Source of the DNA: Octopus vulgaris
Taxonomy: Eukaryota
Direction: 5' to 3'
DNA length: 64,000 bases
NCBI GenBank assembly: GCA_951406725.2
Contig: OX597821.1
Coordinates: 23,002,001 to 23,066,000 of the forward strand
In this document: positions 38,835 through 50,453 of the stretch, piece by piece
Position numbering within the stretch: position 1 is the first letter of the stretch
How the letters are laid out: each line of letters starts with the position of its first letter
Translations under genes and position numbers: made by a program
Notes under the pieces: generated by a model
Database searches by the model: none
What the model saw: only the letters and a program-made list of their open reading frames with translations
Told to the model about the DNA's origin: nothing

Positions 38835-39039
38835 TTAATGTGGCGGGAATTGCTCGTGAAACATCGGTATGGGTTCCGCGATTTTTGTAAATTGTAAATT
38901 ATTGGATCAAAATAAATTTATAAACTAATATCCTGGAGAAAAGTGACCGGGCATGAGGTTGCTTGATTTCATGACGAGGTACCTAAAAGATGTTCATCTA
39001 CATACCCATCCCTTCCCATCGCGACTATCACACGGATAT

Positions 39040-39795
39040 CCAGTTGAATGTCCGAGACTCACTCACAAAGGCACTACTCACGGATAGGGTTCTCAATGGT
39101 GAAGTCCTCGAAGTCCTCGAAGAAGTGAACCACTTAAAATAACTCAGATCGACATTCACGGTAACCGGGCAGGGAAAGAACGAGATTGACCTACGCATCA
39201 ACAACGATTCTCTTGAGTTCTGTCGCCTCCAGAGCCACCTTTTGTCGCCACCGGATATCAGAATTTACATGAAAGTGCGTATTTTCCAAGCACTTTTCCG
39301 GACCATCCTTCTCTGTGGGTACGAATCCTGAAAACTCAGTCTTCAACTACGACTGTCTACGTCGAATTTTTCCTATTCTCCCATTGGACTTCCATTTAGA
39401 ACCCCGAAATACGACAATCCTGCTGCATCATCTCTCTGCAACAAGCTTCTCACAAGACGTCTAAGGTGGCTTGGTCATACTCTCCGTTAGCCTCCGGGGG
39501 AATTCATTCGCTAAGCGATCAATCTGGCTCCCCCTCCCAGGCTAACGCAAATGTACTGGAGGACAACTGAAGACGTAGTTGCTGATGGCAAAAGAGGAGA
39601 TGGAAGTACAATCGGATCAGCCCCCACCCCGCGTCTAGGGTCTTGGCAGTAGAACCGGGAGTAGGTATCCATTAAAGCGTCGACTGCGGCCGACCATCTG
39701 ATGTGGTCGGCACTTATGAGGGACGTGAACTCGTTGATCGGAGCCGGCTCAATCCATCCCGGATGAATGCTGCCCCAAGTATAAGTACAAGTACC
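39040..39795 (+). mobile_element. Decayed RTE-clade LINE 3' fragment
   Basis: Remnants TILLCGYES*, RRLRWLGHTLR; short tandem tail caagtataagtacaagtac. Confidence 0.65.
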
Positions 39796-39929
39796 GATAC
39801 GGTGGGCTTGCTTAAATTTTAATCCTCTCATTGTTTCATCTACCAAAAGCACCAAGCGTTCTGCTCCACTGGACTAACTAGTGAGGTGTACTGTGGGGAC
39901 ATTTTTAAATGGAACCAGCCCAATGTGCA

Positions 39930-40200
39930 GGGTCTTGGGCAAGTATCTTCTATTCTAACCCCGGTCCGACCAAAGCCTTATAAGGGGATTTGGTAGACGG
40001 AAGCTGAAAGAAGCCCTTCCAGTATATAAATGCACGCGCACATGTTTGTTTCTGTGTGTGTATGTGTGTGTGTGTGTGTGTGTGTGCATGAGTGTGTGTA
40101 TGTGCGTGTGTGTGCGTATGTGTGTGTGTTTTTGTGTTTTTGCTGTTTGTTCCCCACCAGTTCTTGAGAACCGGTGTTAGTAAGTTTATATCCCCGTAAC
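39930..40200 (+). mobile_element. SINE family A, partial
   Basis: cttgggcaagtatcttc...tttggtagacggaagctgaaagaagccc...tccccgtaac. Confidence 0.75.
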
Positions 40201-40211
40201 ACGAATGCTGG

Positions 40212-40262
<51 letters not shown>

Positions 40263-40504
40263 TGTTAGATCGTTAGTATAGTTGGTATTTTCATTAATAA
40301 ATAAAAATACAATTCATGATAACTGACCGTTAAAATAACTTGGGTCAAACAAGTCAGGTTTCTGGACAGTCCCTGGGGGTGTAAACATATCTGAAAAGGA
40401 GAAATATATATGTGTTTATTAACAATATATCTGTGATTGTATGTTTATGCTTGTAGGGTTGAATGCATACATGCATTAATATTTATACCTGTTATTATAT
40501 ACTT

Positions 40505-40564
<60 letters not shown>

Positions 40565-40608
40565 TCATACATACATATACATACATTCATACATAACACA
40601 TACATATA

Positions 40609-41580
40609 TCTGTATATATATAAGGCAAGATATGTGTGTGTGTGTGTACGTGATTGTAGTTTATGCACATCCACAAATTAGCACGCATGTTGCTCAAATT
40701 TTAGGAGGACATTCGTCAACATACTATCTGGGTTTGTCAACTTACTTTTTTCCCGAGGCACCAGCGGATAGCGGTAAAAATTTATTTTCAGCCATAGCTT
40801 TTAGCGGTAAAAATCTACTTTTCAGCCATAGCTTTTTGACGGCGTCTAACAAAAAAAAGATAAAGAAAAGTGGAAGAAAGGCAGGAGTTTCACGGGAAAG
40901 ATAAAGTGAGAGAGGGAGAGAGAGAGAGAGAGAGAGAGAGTAAGTGACGACGTTCATAAAAAATAAAATGTAAAATGTTTTGTTTTTCTTAAACACGAGA
41001 TATAGTGTTCAAATTCAGGATGTTTTTGAAAGACACTATATTTTATAATCATAGTATATATACTTTCTCACACAACAATTGCAATATATTTATTTTAAAT
41101 CATTTATTTATTTTAAATCGTTCATCTTTCTCCCACCCCCTCTCTCTCCACACACATTACTTTGGGTGCGGAAGAGTATCGTTTTTATTTTACGCCGAGT
41201 AAAAAAAGTGTTTTGTTGAAAATCCATGTATTTAACAATAAAAAAACAAAGAGGTGAGTAACAATTTGTCGGTGTATTACACAATATAAATGGGTACAAT
41301 TTGCAAGGCTTCCACCACACCTCACTCCGTTTCACGGACCACAAAAAGGGTTTTGTAGCATATTAGGACGCCAGAATAGTTGATTCCACGCAAAAAAAAA
41401 AACCGATTTCTTTTCTTTGTGAAAATCGTGCGAGTGTTAACCTACAAATTTAACATTTTTTCCATTCATTTCTGTTTATGAACATATATGCATGCACAAA
41501 ACATGCAATAGGTGTACGTAAGTACGTGTGTGTATGTGTTGCCCATATATATTTATATTATATTATATTATATATATATA

Positions 41581-41635
<55 letters not shown>

Positions 41636-41756
41636 CCAATTTCAACGGATTCGCCCATATTTGACGTCGATATTATTTAGTTCGGTTTGAAATAAAGAAC
41701 TTGATTAGCTTAATAATCGTAACTTAATCCCGGACAAGGCCGGGTTATACTGCTAG
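40609..41756 (+). mobile_element. Probable non-autonomous Helitron (second subfamily)
   Basis: 3' hairpin CCCGGACAAGGCCGGG..CTAG|T at 41729-41756. Candidate 5' end TCTGTATATATATAAGGC at 40609; this boundary is uncertain. Confidence 0.55.
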
Positions 41757-41957
41757 TGTATATATATGTGTACCTATATGTATGTGTGCGTGTGTGTGTG
41801 CATACATATATATATATATACATATATATATATACATGTATATATACATATATACATGCATATAATATACTGTTCCTTTATGGTATATACAACATTCTTT
41901 ATTTCCCAGTTGGAACATTTATCTTTCCTTTCAAGCACATTATATCAAGGTCTAAAT

Positions 41958-42143
41958 CAGTGTTCCGCAGCCATTTTTCACTTGCGGTACACTTATATTC
42001 TTTCCAAAATTTGGCGGCCCACCTGAACTAAAAATATATCTAAAAGTATACGGGAAAAAATTATATTTCGGATACACTGCGGTACGCCTAGCATCGTTTC
42101 GTAGCACACCAGTGTGCCGCGGCATACCGGTTGTGGGGCACTG
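41958..42143. mobile_element. hAT (Charlie-like) MITE
   Basis: TIRs CAGTGTTCCGCAGCC / GGTTGTGGGGCACTG; 8-bp TSD GTCTAAAT / GTCTAAAC. Confidence 0.8.
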
Positions 42144-42399
42144 GTCTAAACTATCGAATGTTCTTTTCTCATTTGAAGTAAAAGAGTATGATTTGAGAGC
42201 GACTTGGCTGTTGTTTCCAGCACTTAGAGTGATAACATGGAGGCTCACTTATTGACACACATTATCTGAGTTATTTTATTGATTCATTTGTTTATTTTCA
42301 AGTCAGATTTGAAGAGAGTAACGTACAACTATTTGATTAATTGTAAGCTTTTGGCTGTACTAAATGTTCGTATGATTCTTTAGGACTATACCTACTTCA

Positions 42400-42550
42400 G
42401 AGATATACATTTTATGCAGAATTGTGTATGTTGGTGGACTTGGCGGTGAATGGCAGTGAATGGAATCTTTAGACTTGTGGTCGTTTATGCTCCGACACAG
42501 GGTGGAAGGCCAGTTTTCTTCAGACGTCAGGAAACATTCCTGGTGAATGC
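42400..42550 (+). mobile_element. L1/Tx1-like APE endonuclease fragment
   Basis: Translates to FRLVVVYAPTQGGRPVFFRR. Confidence 0.5.
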
Positions 42551-43362
42551 TTCTTTTAGAGAAAATTGTCTAAAATTAAATAACTAAATGATTAATAAAA
42601 TTGTTATGATAGCAATAATTCTATTAAATTTCGGTACAAAGCAAGCAATTTTGAGGTAAGGAAAACGACCCTAGTGGTCAACTGATACTTATTTTATCGA
42701 GGCTGAATGGATGAAAGTTGATCACGGCGCAAATTGATCTCAGAATATAACGCCGGAATAAATGCCGCTAAGTATTTTCCCGGCGCGCTAACGATTCTGC
42801 AAGCTCACCGCCTTAAGGTTTCAAATTTTGTCTTAGGGTCAGCAATTTTAGGGAAATGGTTAATCGACTGCATCGATCTCAATACTTGGGCGTTATTTTA
42901 TTTTATGAACCCCACAAGGATGAAATGAAAAGTTTGCCACAGCAGTATTTGATCTCAGGATGCCGTCAAATATTTTTTATCCTGCGTCTTAATGATTGTG
43001 CAAGCTCTATGCCTTAATGGTAACGACAATAATACTTTCTGTGTTGAACAAAGCGGGTGGAGAACTTAAAAACGTTCAGGACAATTTGGAGACAAAGGAC
43101 AGTGAGTGTTTACATAATCATGGATAAAAAAAACGTTTTTAAAAAATTACAATTAACACAAAAATAAATAAATAAATAACGAAATTGACAAACATGCGGA
43201 AAACGGCACTCAGGGATGACCAAGGAACTCCACAACATAATTCAACTAATCTATATATGAGGCGAGATTGTCGTCATTTTCGGTTTCTGTTGCAATTTAC
43301 TTCAATGTTTTTAGAACAATTTACTTTCACTTTATTTACTATAGTAAACTGCATGCTCTCTC

Positions 43363-43573
43363 TTTACTCTTTTACTTGTTTCAGTCATTTGACTGCGGCC
43401 ATGCTGGAGCACCGCCTTTAGTCGAGCAAATCGACCCCAGGACTTATTCTTTGTAAGCCCAGTACTTATTCTATCGGTCTCTTTTGCCGAACCGCTAAGT
43501 TACGGGGACGTAAACACACCAGCATCGGTTGTCAAGCAATGCTAGGGGGACAAACACAGACATACAAACACAT

Positions 43574-43608
<35 letters not shown>

Positions 43609-43780
43609 CATATATACGACAGGCTTCTTTCAGTTTCCGTCTGCCAAATCCACTCACAAGGCATTGGTCGGCCCGGGGCAATAGCAGAAGACACTTGCCC
43701 AAGGTGCCACGCAGTGGGACTGAACCCGGAACCATGTGGTTGGTTAGCAAGCTACTTACCACACAGCCACTCCTGCGCCT
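43363..43780 (-). mobile_element. SINE family A, full length
   Basis: Reverse-complement match; absent at the paralogous site in unit C (aaactgcatg|ttattcaaaa, ~49370). Confidence 0.9.
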
Positions 43781-43821
43781 ATTCAAAATTTTTTAATAAA
43801 TGTTTGATGAGAATTATATTC

Positions 43822-43971
43822 ATTATTTACATTTTTTTACATTCGACGGATATTTGTCATCATCTTGTTTGATGAGGACAAACAAGATGAGGATAAATAT
43901 CCGTCGAATGTAAATAATGTAAATAATGTAAACAATGTACATAATTCCTCATCTCTTAAATATAGAACTGA
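43822..43971. mobile_element. Small foldback insertion with 12-bp TSD
   Basis: Hairpin tacattcgacggatattt..catcttgttt / aaacaagatg..aaatatccgtcgaatgta. TSD AGAATTATATTC at 43810-43821 and 43972-43983. Absent from units B and C. Confidence 0.75.
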
Positions 43972-44150
43972 AGAATTATATTCCTATAGAGCTGAGGAGT
44001 AGGTTTCGCCCGAACTTCCAGCTCCCGTATTGAAGTGATGTATACAAAGCTACAGAGTGTCAGCCTACCATGACAGACTTGAGAACTGGAATAGCCTAAA
44101 AATGTCATGGCTACCATCGGCCTTATTCTTCTAACTCATTAAAAACTATA

Positions 44151-44455
44151 TCTTTATATATAAAAGTCAAGTTGTGTGTCTGTCTCCTACGATTTAGATT
44201 CCTAACTACTCCCACATTTTGCGGTGCAGTTTAACCAAAACCGGGTATCTTATAGTCGTGATTCATATCGAGCCCTTCTGGGTATTAGCGCGCGTCTACG
44301 ATGAGTCTACGATGAGTCTACGATTTAAAAAATAATTTACCATCATTTTTTTCCATTTTAATGCATTTTTTTGCTATTTTTTTGCTATAACTCTCTAAAA
44401 ATGCTTTATAGTTATTTCCCTTACAAACCCGAGCAACGCCGGGCGATACTGCTAG
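44151..44455 (+). mobile_element. Non-autonomous Helitron (305 bp)
   Basis: TC...hairpin...CTAG termini. Paralogous empty sites in unit B (actgta|tacattt) and unit C show A|T insertion without TSD. Confidence 0.9.
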
Positions 44456-44714
44456 TACATTTATATAATACACCAACCAGTGTCTCTATGGCTGCCTATT
44501 TGGTTGTCTCTCTGCCTGTTTTCTTCTACTTCCCTAGTCCTCATCTCCGTTAGTCTCCCACTTCTCTTACTGCTCATTCTCTTATTTTTCTGTCAAAACT
44601 AGCTTCTTTGCTTCTTAAGTTTGACAACACTATCTGTCAAACAACCCGTCAGTCCCGTCCAACTTTAGTTATATGTGTGGATATAATAATGTTTATGAAA
44701 AAGGGTGATAAGTC

Positions 44715-44788
44715 GGTCGGTGAGCTCAGTTGGTTAGAGCGTCGTGCTAATAACGCGAATGTCGTGGGTTCGAGACTCATACTGGCCA
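44715..44788 (+). pseudogene. tRNA-Ile(AAT) variant, probable pseudogene
   Basis: Four substitutions relative to the intact copies, including loss of U8 and T-arm changes (TTCGAGACTCAT). Confidence 0.8.
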
Positions 44789-44914
44789 ATGCGTGTTATT
44801 TTCACGTTTTATTCTTTTAGATAAGCATTGACCTCATTGTAGATCATATCCGAAGAGTAAAATGAAAGCAGCCACTCCATTAATAGTTGTTAACATCTTT
44901 TTACGAACACCTTC

Positions 44915-44961
<47 letters not shown>

Positions 44962-45251
44962 GCACTAATAAATGTATATAAACACAGCCCAATATATTTG
45001 CACCCGTAACTTTCACTCTCTCTCTCTCTCTATCTATCTATCTTTCGAGCCTCATATTAGCCAATGACATTTTCTTTTTTTTTTTCAGTTCTTACGTTGA
45101 AAACGCATATTTAAATTATACATTCCATTCTTTACTGACCAAAACTTCTCTTGAGGTAGCAGAGGGTCTCACCATAATTATTATGTTAGTCTCGAGACAA
45201 GAATATATACCTTATGCAAAAGGAATTCAAAATAAAATAACGCACATATCA

Positions 45252-45275
45252 TGGGTTCGAGCCCGATACTGGCCA
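45252..45275 (+). pseudogene. tRNA-Ile 3' fragment
   Basis: TGGGTTCGAGCCCGATACTGGCCA. A second 3' remnant lies at ~45044-45063. Confidence 0.7.
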
Positions 45276-45925
45276 ATGATTTCAATTTTTATTTTATTTT
45301 GTATATATGCAAATGGTTCTACCTCGCCAAGCTTGACATCTTTTGTTTAATTTCGGATTTCTCTTGGTATAATGCCAAAAGGACTCAAAACACTGAATGT
45401 GCATGAAGGCTTGCACAATTGAAAAAAAATTCAATATGGACGTCAAATTCATGCGATAATAATTGTATTCCATCAAAACTCTAACCCTAAGTAATCATTT
45501 TCTTTTTCCTTTTTTTTTTGCGCCTTGCAACAAAACCTTCAAATACTCATTGACTCCGCCCTCCATTGGTCTGTTGTATAATTTCTGAGAAAATATTTCG
45601 TTTCATAAACGTTCATCTAAATCCGGGAAAGATTCCATAAGTAACAAATGGATTGCTTTGAACCCAATATTTAAGATATCTTGAGTTGTAAATACGCATA
45701 AAACTGACAGTCCTGTATAAACTGAAAGCTAATGGTTGGGCAAAAACGTTAAGAATCGCTGAAGCTAATTGGTGTTCGAAATCTTCAGAGAAATGGAAAT
45801 TACTTCCAATACGCTGTCATAAATATTGTCCTTTTCGTAAAAAAAAAAATGAATACAAAACGAAATAAATGCACCACTCCTTATATCTCTAAATGTATCT
45901 CTGTAGTCACCTTTCCTTTTTTTCT

Positions 45926-46927
45926 CTGTCTGACTCCGGTTAAGTGTTAAAGAGAAACTGACTGCAATTGTGTTCACGACGATTTTAAAGTAAACGGAAG
46001 GTTTTACCGTTTATCTCAGTTGGTTAGAGCGTCATGCTAATAATGCAAATACAGTGTCTTCGGGTCACCTACTTCCCAATGGTTTCATATCTTTCCTTTT
46101 CATTTAGGTATATTCTGTATAGCTTTATTAGCTGGATGTTTAGTAATTTGCCCCAGTCCTGTTACTTCTCGAATTTTATTAAATGTGAAGGATTCTCATT
46201 GACTAATGTTAACCAAAGTATGTTACAACTTGAAAAGTCACCTAACATTTTTTTATAATTAATTTCACCAAACAAATGAATCTCATTTTCGTAATTAACA
46301 TGCAAAAAATTCTGCTGGGAAAATTTCAAAGGACAAGCATTAAAATTTAAGTTAACATGCTGTTTACTTTCATAAGAAATATGAAAGTAAATTTGCCGAA
46401 AAATTAAAGTAAAATCCTTTAGAAGCAGGAGTGTCGGCAGTAGCACACGGAAAATTTCATAAAAGGAATATAAAAATCTCCCTCATTAAGTCACGTCTAC
46501 ATGTACCTAGCAGTACAGCACGTTCTGATGACATGTTCAGTATTTCAGGAATAGCAGCTGAGGTACGTCGTTCGGATGTATTACACTCAGCAATGAACAC
46601 TACTCAGAAGGTAATTCGGTGACTTGCATGTGGATGCATGACAGCCAGCAGTTACAGGCGAGCAATGCTATAAACCTGAACGATTAATGAGTTGTGCAGA
46701 CGAGAATTTCTAAACATCCAGCTAATAAAGCTATACAGAATATACCTAAATGAAAAGGAAAGATATGAAACCATTGGGAAGTAGGTGACCCGAAGACACT
46801 GTATTTGCATTATTAGCATGACGCTCTAACCAACTGAGATAAACGGTAAAACCTTCCGTTTACTTTAAAATCGTCGTGAACACGATTGCAGTCAGTTTCT
46901 CTTTAACACTTAACCGGAGTCAGACAG
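45926..46927. repeat. 218-bp inverted repeat (45926-46143 / 46710-46927) with 566-bp spacer
   Basis: Arms are reverse complements with one mismatch by manual comparison. Confidence 0.92.
46005..46050 (+). pseudogene. tRNA-Ile 5' half remnant (mirrored on the minus strand at 46803-46848)
   Basis: TACCGTTTATCTCAGTTGGTTAGAGCGTCATGCTAATAATGCAAAT. Confidence 0.75.
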
Positions 46928-47340
46928 CAAGAAGTGCTGTTGAGGTTTCTGCAGATTCACACGGACCATACGAGTCTATTCCATTTTTGGAAAAGAGCCA
47001 TTTGATTCTACCAATATAATTCAAGATGTAAAAGACTGACATCATTTCCCCTTTCTTTTGCAATTTACTTCAACGATTTTCAGGGCCATTTCGTTTCACT
47101 TTATTTACGACAGTAAACATGTTAAACAAAATTTTAATAAATGTTTGCTAAGAATTATATTTCTATGAAACTGAGGAGTAGGTTTCGCCCGAACCTTAGC
47201 CCCCGATTGAGCCAGTGTATACAAAGCTACAGAGTTTCAACCTTGACGGGTTTGAGAAATGGAACAGTCTGCAGATGTCCTGTATATCAACGGCCTTATT
47301 CCTCTAACTTGCTAAAAACTGTATACATTTATATAATATA

Positions 47341-47504
47341 TTTCTTTACTGCCCACAAGGGGCTAAACATAGAGGGGACAAACAAGGACAGACAAAGGGA
47401 TTAAGTTGATTACATCAACCCCAGTGCGTAACTGGTACTTAATTTATCGACCCCGAAAGGATGAAAGGCAAAGTCGACCTCGGCGGAATTTGAACTCAGA
47501 ACGT
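47341..47504 (-). mobile_element. SINE family B, 5'-truncated
   Basis: Core match; flanked by duplicated tatataata; absent from units A and C. Confidence 0.85.
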
Positions 47505-47793
47505 ATATATAATACACTACCAAATGTCCCTATGTTTGTCTATCTGTCTGTCTCTCTGTCTGTCTGAGTGTCCTTCCAGCTTTCTGTTTATCTGTTTTAT
47601 CTGCTACATCTCTGATCCACCATTTCCTCCAGTGTTTCACGTCTTTAACTGCTTGTCAATCTCTCTCTCTCTCTCTCGGTCGTAGTGTCACAACTGAAGA
47701 TGACAACATAATCTGATAACAACCCAACTGTACCGTCTAAGTTTAGTATACATGTGTGAATAAAAGATTCTTTTTTGAAAACAAGAGTGAGAC

Positions 47794-47867
47794 GGCCGGT
47801 TAGCTCAGTTGGTTAGAGCGTCGTGCTAATAACGCGAATGTCGTGGGTTCGAGCCCCATACTGGCCA
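47794..47867 (+). tRNA. trnI-AAT: tRNA-Ile (AAT), intact copy 2
   Basis: Identical to 37266-37339; T-runs downstream. Confidence 0.96.
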
Positions 47868-48087
47868 ATTCGTTTTGTTTCTACTTTTTTTTTTTTAGAT
47901 ATGTATCCGTCCCATTTTGGATCATGTCCGAAGAGTTAACTCAAAGCATTCATAGTTGTGAACATATTTGTAAGATAACTTCCCGTCCTTTCTCCCACTT
48001 CACATCTCCCTCCAAACACACGCGATAATTAATGTATATAAACACTGCACAATATGTCAACCCCCGTAACAGTTTCTCCTCTCGTGT

Positions 48088-48161
48088 GGCCAGTTAGCTA
48101 GGTTGGTTACAGCGTCGTGTTAATAACGCGGATGTTGTGGGTTTGCTCCCTATACTGGCCA
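48088..48161 (+). pseudogene. tRNA-Ile pseudogene
   Basis: About 11 substitutions; B box damaged (GGTTTGCTCCC). Confidence 0.85.
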
Positions 48162-48300
48162 ATGACGTATTTCATTGTTTGTTATCCCTAGTTTTTATGT
48201 TCAAAATGCATAATTAGACAATATATTCCATCCTTTACTGACCGAAACCTCTCTTAAGGTCTCACAATAATGATCATGTCAGACACGACGTAAGAATACT

Positions 48301-48638
48301 TTGGAAGCACTCCGTCTGTTACGACGACAAGGGTTCCGGTTGATCCGAATCAACGGAGCAGCCGGCTCGTGAAATTAACGTGTAAGTGGCTGAGCACTCC
48401 ACAGAGAGTGACAAGGCCGGCCCTTTGAAATACAGGTGCAACAGAAACAGGAAGTAAGAGTGAGAGAAAGTTGTGGTGAAAGAGTACAGCAGGGATCACC
48501 ACCATCCCCTGCCGGAGCCTCGTGGAGCTTTAGGTGTTTTCGCTCAATAAACACTCACAACGCCCGGTCTGGGAATCGAAACCGCGATCCTATGACCGCG
48601 AGTCCGCTGCCCTAACCACTGGGCCATTGCGCCTCCAC
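48301..48638 (-). mobile_element. SINE family C
   Basis: Reverse complement of 20433-20817 with an internal deletion; TSD ACGTAAG(A/G)ATAC. Confidence 0.9.
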
Positions 48639-48929
48639 ACGTAAGGATACATACCTTATACAATAGGAATCAAAAGTAATGGAATATGGCATTTACATCC
48701 ATGAACCAGTTTTTCACCTTCGATCTCATTGTTTGTTTAGAGCTGATATCTCGGAAACAAAACGCCATAATAAAATCAGTACAGGCTAGAATTTCCATAC
48801 GAAATCTGTAGAGATGACTTCAGTATTTCAAAAATAGTAGCTGAGGTACTAACAATATTATTCGACATGCAAGAGACTGTAGTCATTTCTGGTTTCTATT
48901 GCAATTTACTTTAATGTTTTTTAGAATTA

Positions 48930-49329
48930 CTCTTTTACACTTTTACTTGTTTCAGTCATTTGACTGCGGCCATGCTGGAGCACCGCCTTTAATCGAGCAA
49001 ATCGACCCCGGGACTTATTCTTTTGTAAGCCCAGTACTTATTCTATCGGTCTCTTTTGCCGAACCGCTAAGTAACGGGGACATAAACACACCAGCATCGG
49101 TTGTCATGCAATTCTAGGGGGACAAACACTGACACACAAACACATACATGCACATATATACATATATATGACGGGCTTCTTTCAGTTTCCGTCTACCAAA
49201 TCCACTCACAAGGCTTTGGTCAGCCTGAGGCTATAGCAGAAGACACTTGCCCAAGGTGCAACGCAGTGGGACTGAACCCGGGACCATGTGGTTGGTAAAC
49301 AAGCTACTTACCACACAGCCACTCCTGCC
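48930..49329 (-). mobile_element. SINE family A
   Basis: Reverse-complement match. Confidence 0.9.
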
Positions 49330-49826
49330 ACTTATTTACTTTCACTTTATCTTCGACAGTAAACTGCATGTTATTCAAAATCTTAATAAATGTTTGATAA
49401 GAATTATACTTCTGTGAGACTGAGGAGTAGGTTTCGCCCGATTGAGCCAAAGCTACGGAGTTTCAACCACTTGGACAAGCTTGAGAAACGGAACAGCCTG
49501 AAGATGTCCTGGCTACCACCGGACTTATTCTTCTAACTTACTAAAAAATATATACATTTATACAATACACTACTAAATGTCTCTATGTCTGTCTATCTGT
49601 CTGTCTGTCTCTCAGCCTGTCTGTGTGTCTTCCGAGTTTTCTGTCAATCTGTCTTAACTTCTGCATCTCTGATCCACCATCCCCATCGGTGTTTCGCGTC
49701 TTTAGCTGCTTGTCATTCTCTCTTTCGATCGTACTGTCACGACATCAATGTTGACAACCCAACTGTTCCGTCTAAGTATAGTAACATGTGTGAATATAAG
49801 AATGATTTTGAAAAGTGCAGCTTGTT

Positions 49827-49900
49827 GCCCGGTTAGCTCAGTTGGTTAGAGCGTCGTGCTAATAACGCGAATGTCGTGGGTTCGAGCCCCATACTGGCCC
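49827..49900 (+). tRNA. tRNA-Ile (AAT) variant with acceptor-stem changes
   Basis: Identical to the intact copies except G2>C and discriminator A>C. A and B boxes intact. Confidence 0.75.
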
Positions 49901-50174
49901 ATTTGTTTTGTTTCCACTTTTTTTCTTTTATATAAGTATCTGTTCCTTTTGGGATCATATACGAAGAGTAAAATCAAAGCAGCCGCTCCATTCATAGATG
50001 TGAACATGTATGTACGAAAACCTCCACTCCCTTCTTCCACTCCACATACAAGCACTAATTAATGTATAATAAACACTGCACAAAATGTCAACCCCCGTAA
50101 CTGTCTTTCCTTCTCTTTCTCTTTTGCTCCCTCTGTTTTTCTCCTCTCTCGCTTTCTCTCAAGTGTAACAGATT

Positions 50175-50340
50175 TCTTTTCTAATCTAGGCACAAGGCTC
50201 GAAATTTTGGGGGGAGGGGGCAAGTCGGTTAGATCGACCGCAGTACGCGACTGGTACTTAATTTATCGACCCCGAAATGATGAAAGGCAAAGTCCACCTC
50301 GGTGGAATTTTATCTCAGAGCACAAAGACATACGAAATAC
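50175..50340 (-). mobile_element. SINE family B
   Basis: Core match. Confidence 0.8.
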
Positions 50341-50378
50341 AGTCTAGATAATCCTTTCAGATATGGACATTCTCGTGT

Positions 50379-50453
50379 TGCTGGTTAGCGCAGTTGGTTG
50401 GGGCATCGTGTAACTAACGCGAATATCGTGTGTCCTAGCCCCCTGTTTAACGA
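50379..50453 (+). pseudogene. Highly decayed tRNA-Ile pseudogene
   Basis: TGCTGGTTAGCGCAGTTGGTTGGGGCATCGTG..TAACGCGAATATCGTG; same ctcgtgt 5' flank as 48088. Confidence 0.7.

Larger units (their letters stand above)
43270..45290 (+). repeat. Segmental duplication unit A (tRNA-Ile-bearing)
   Basis: Shares ttgcaatttactt, ctgaggagtaggtttcgcccga, the tRNA, cccgtaac and cattccat..tcttgagg landmarks with units B and C. Confidence 0.85.
47055..48680 (+). repeat. Segmental duplication unit B
   Basis: Paralogous to units A and C; carries an intact and a decayed tRNA-Ile. Confidence 0.85.
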
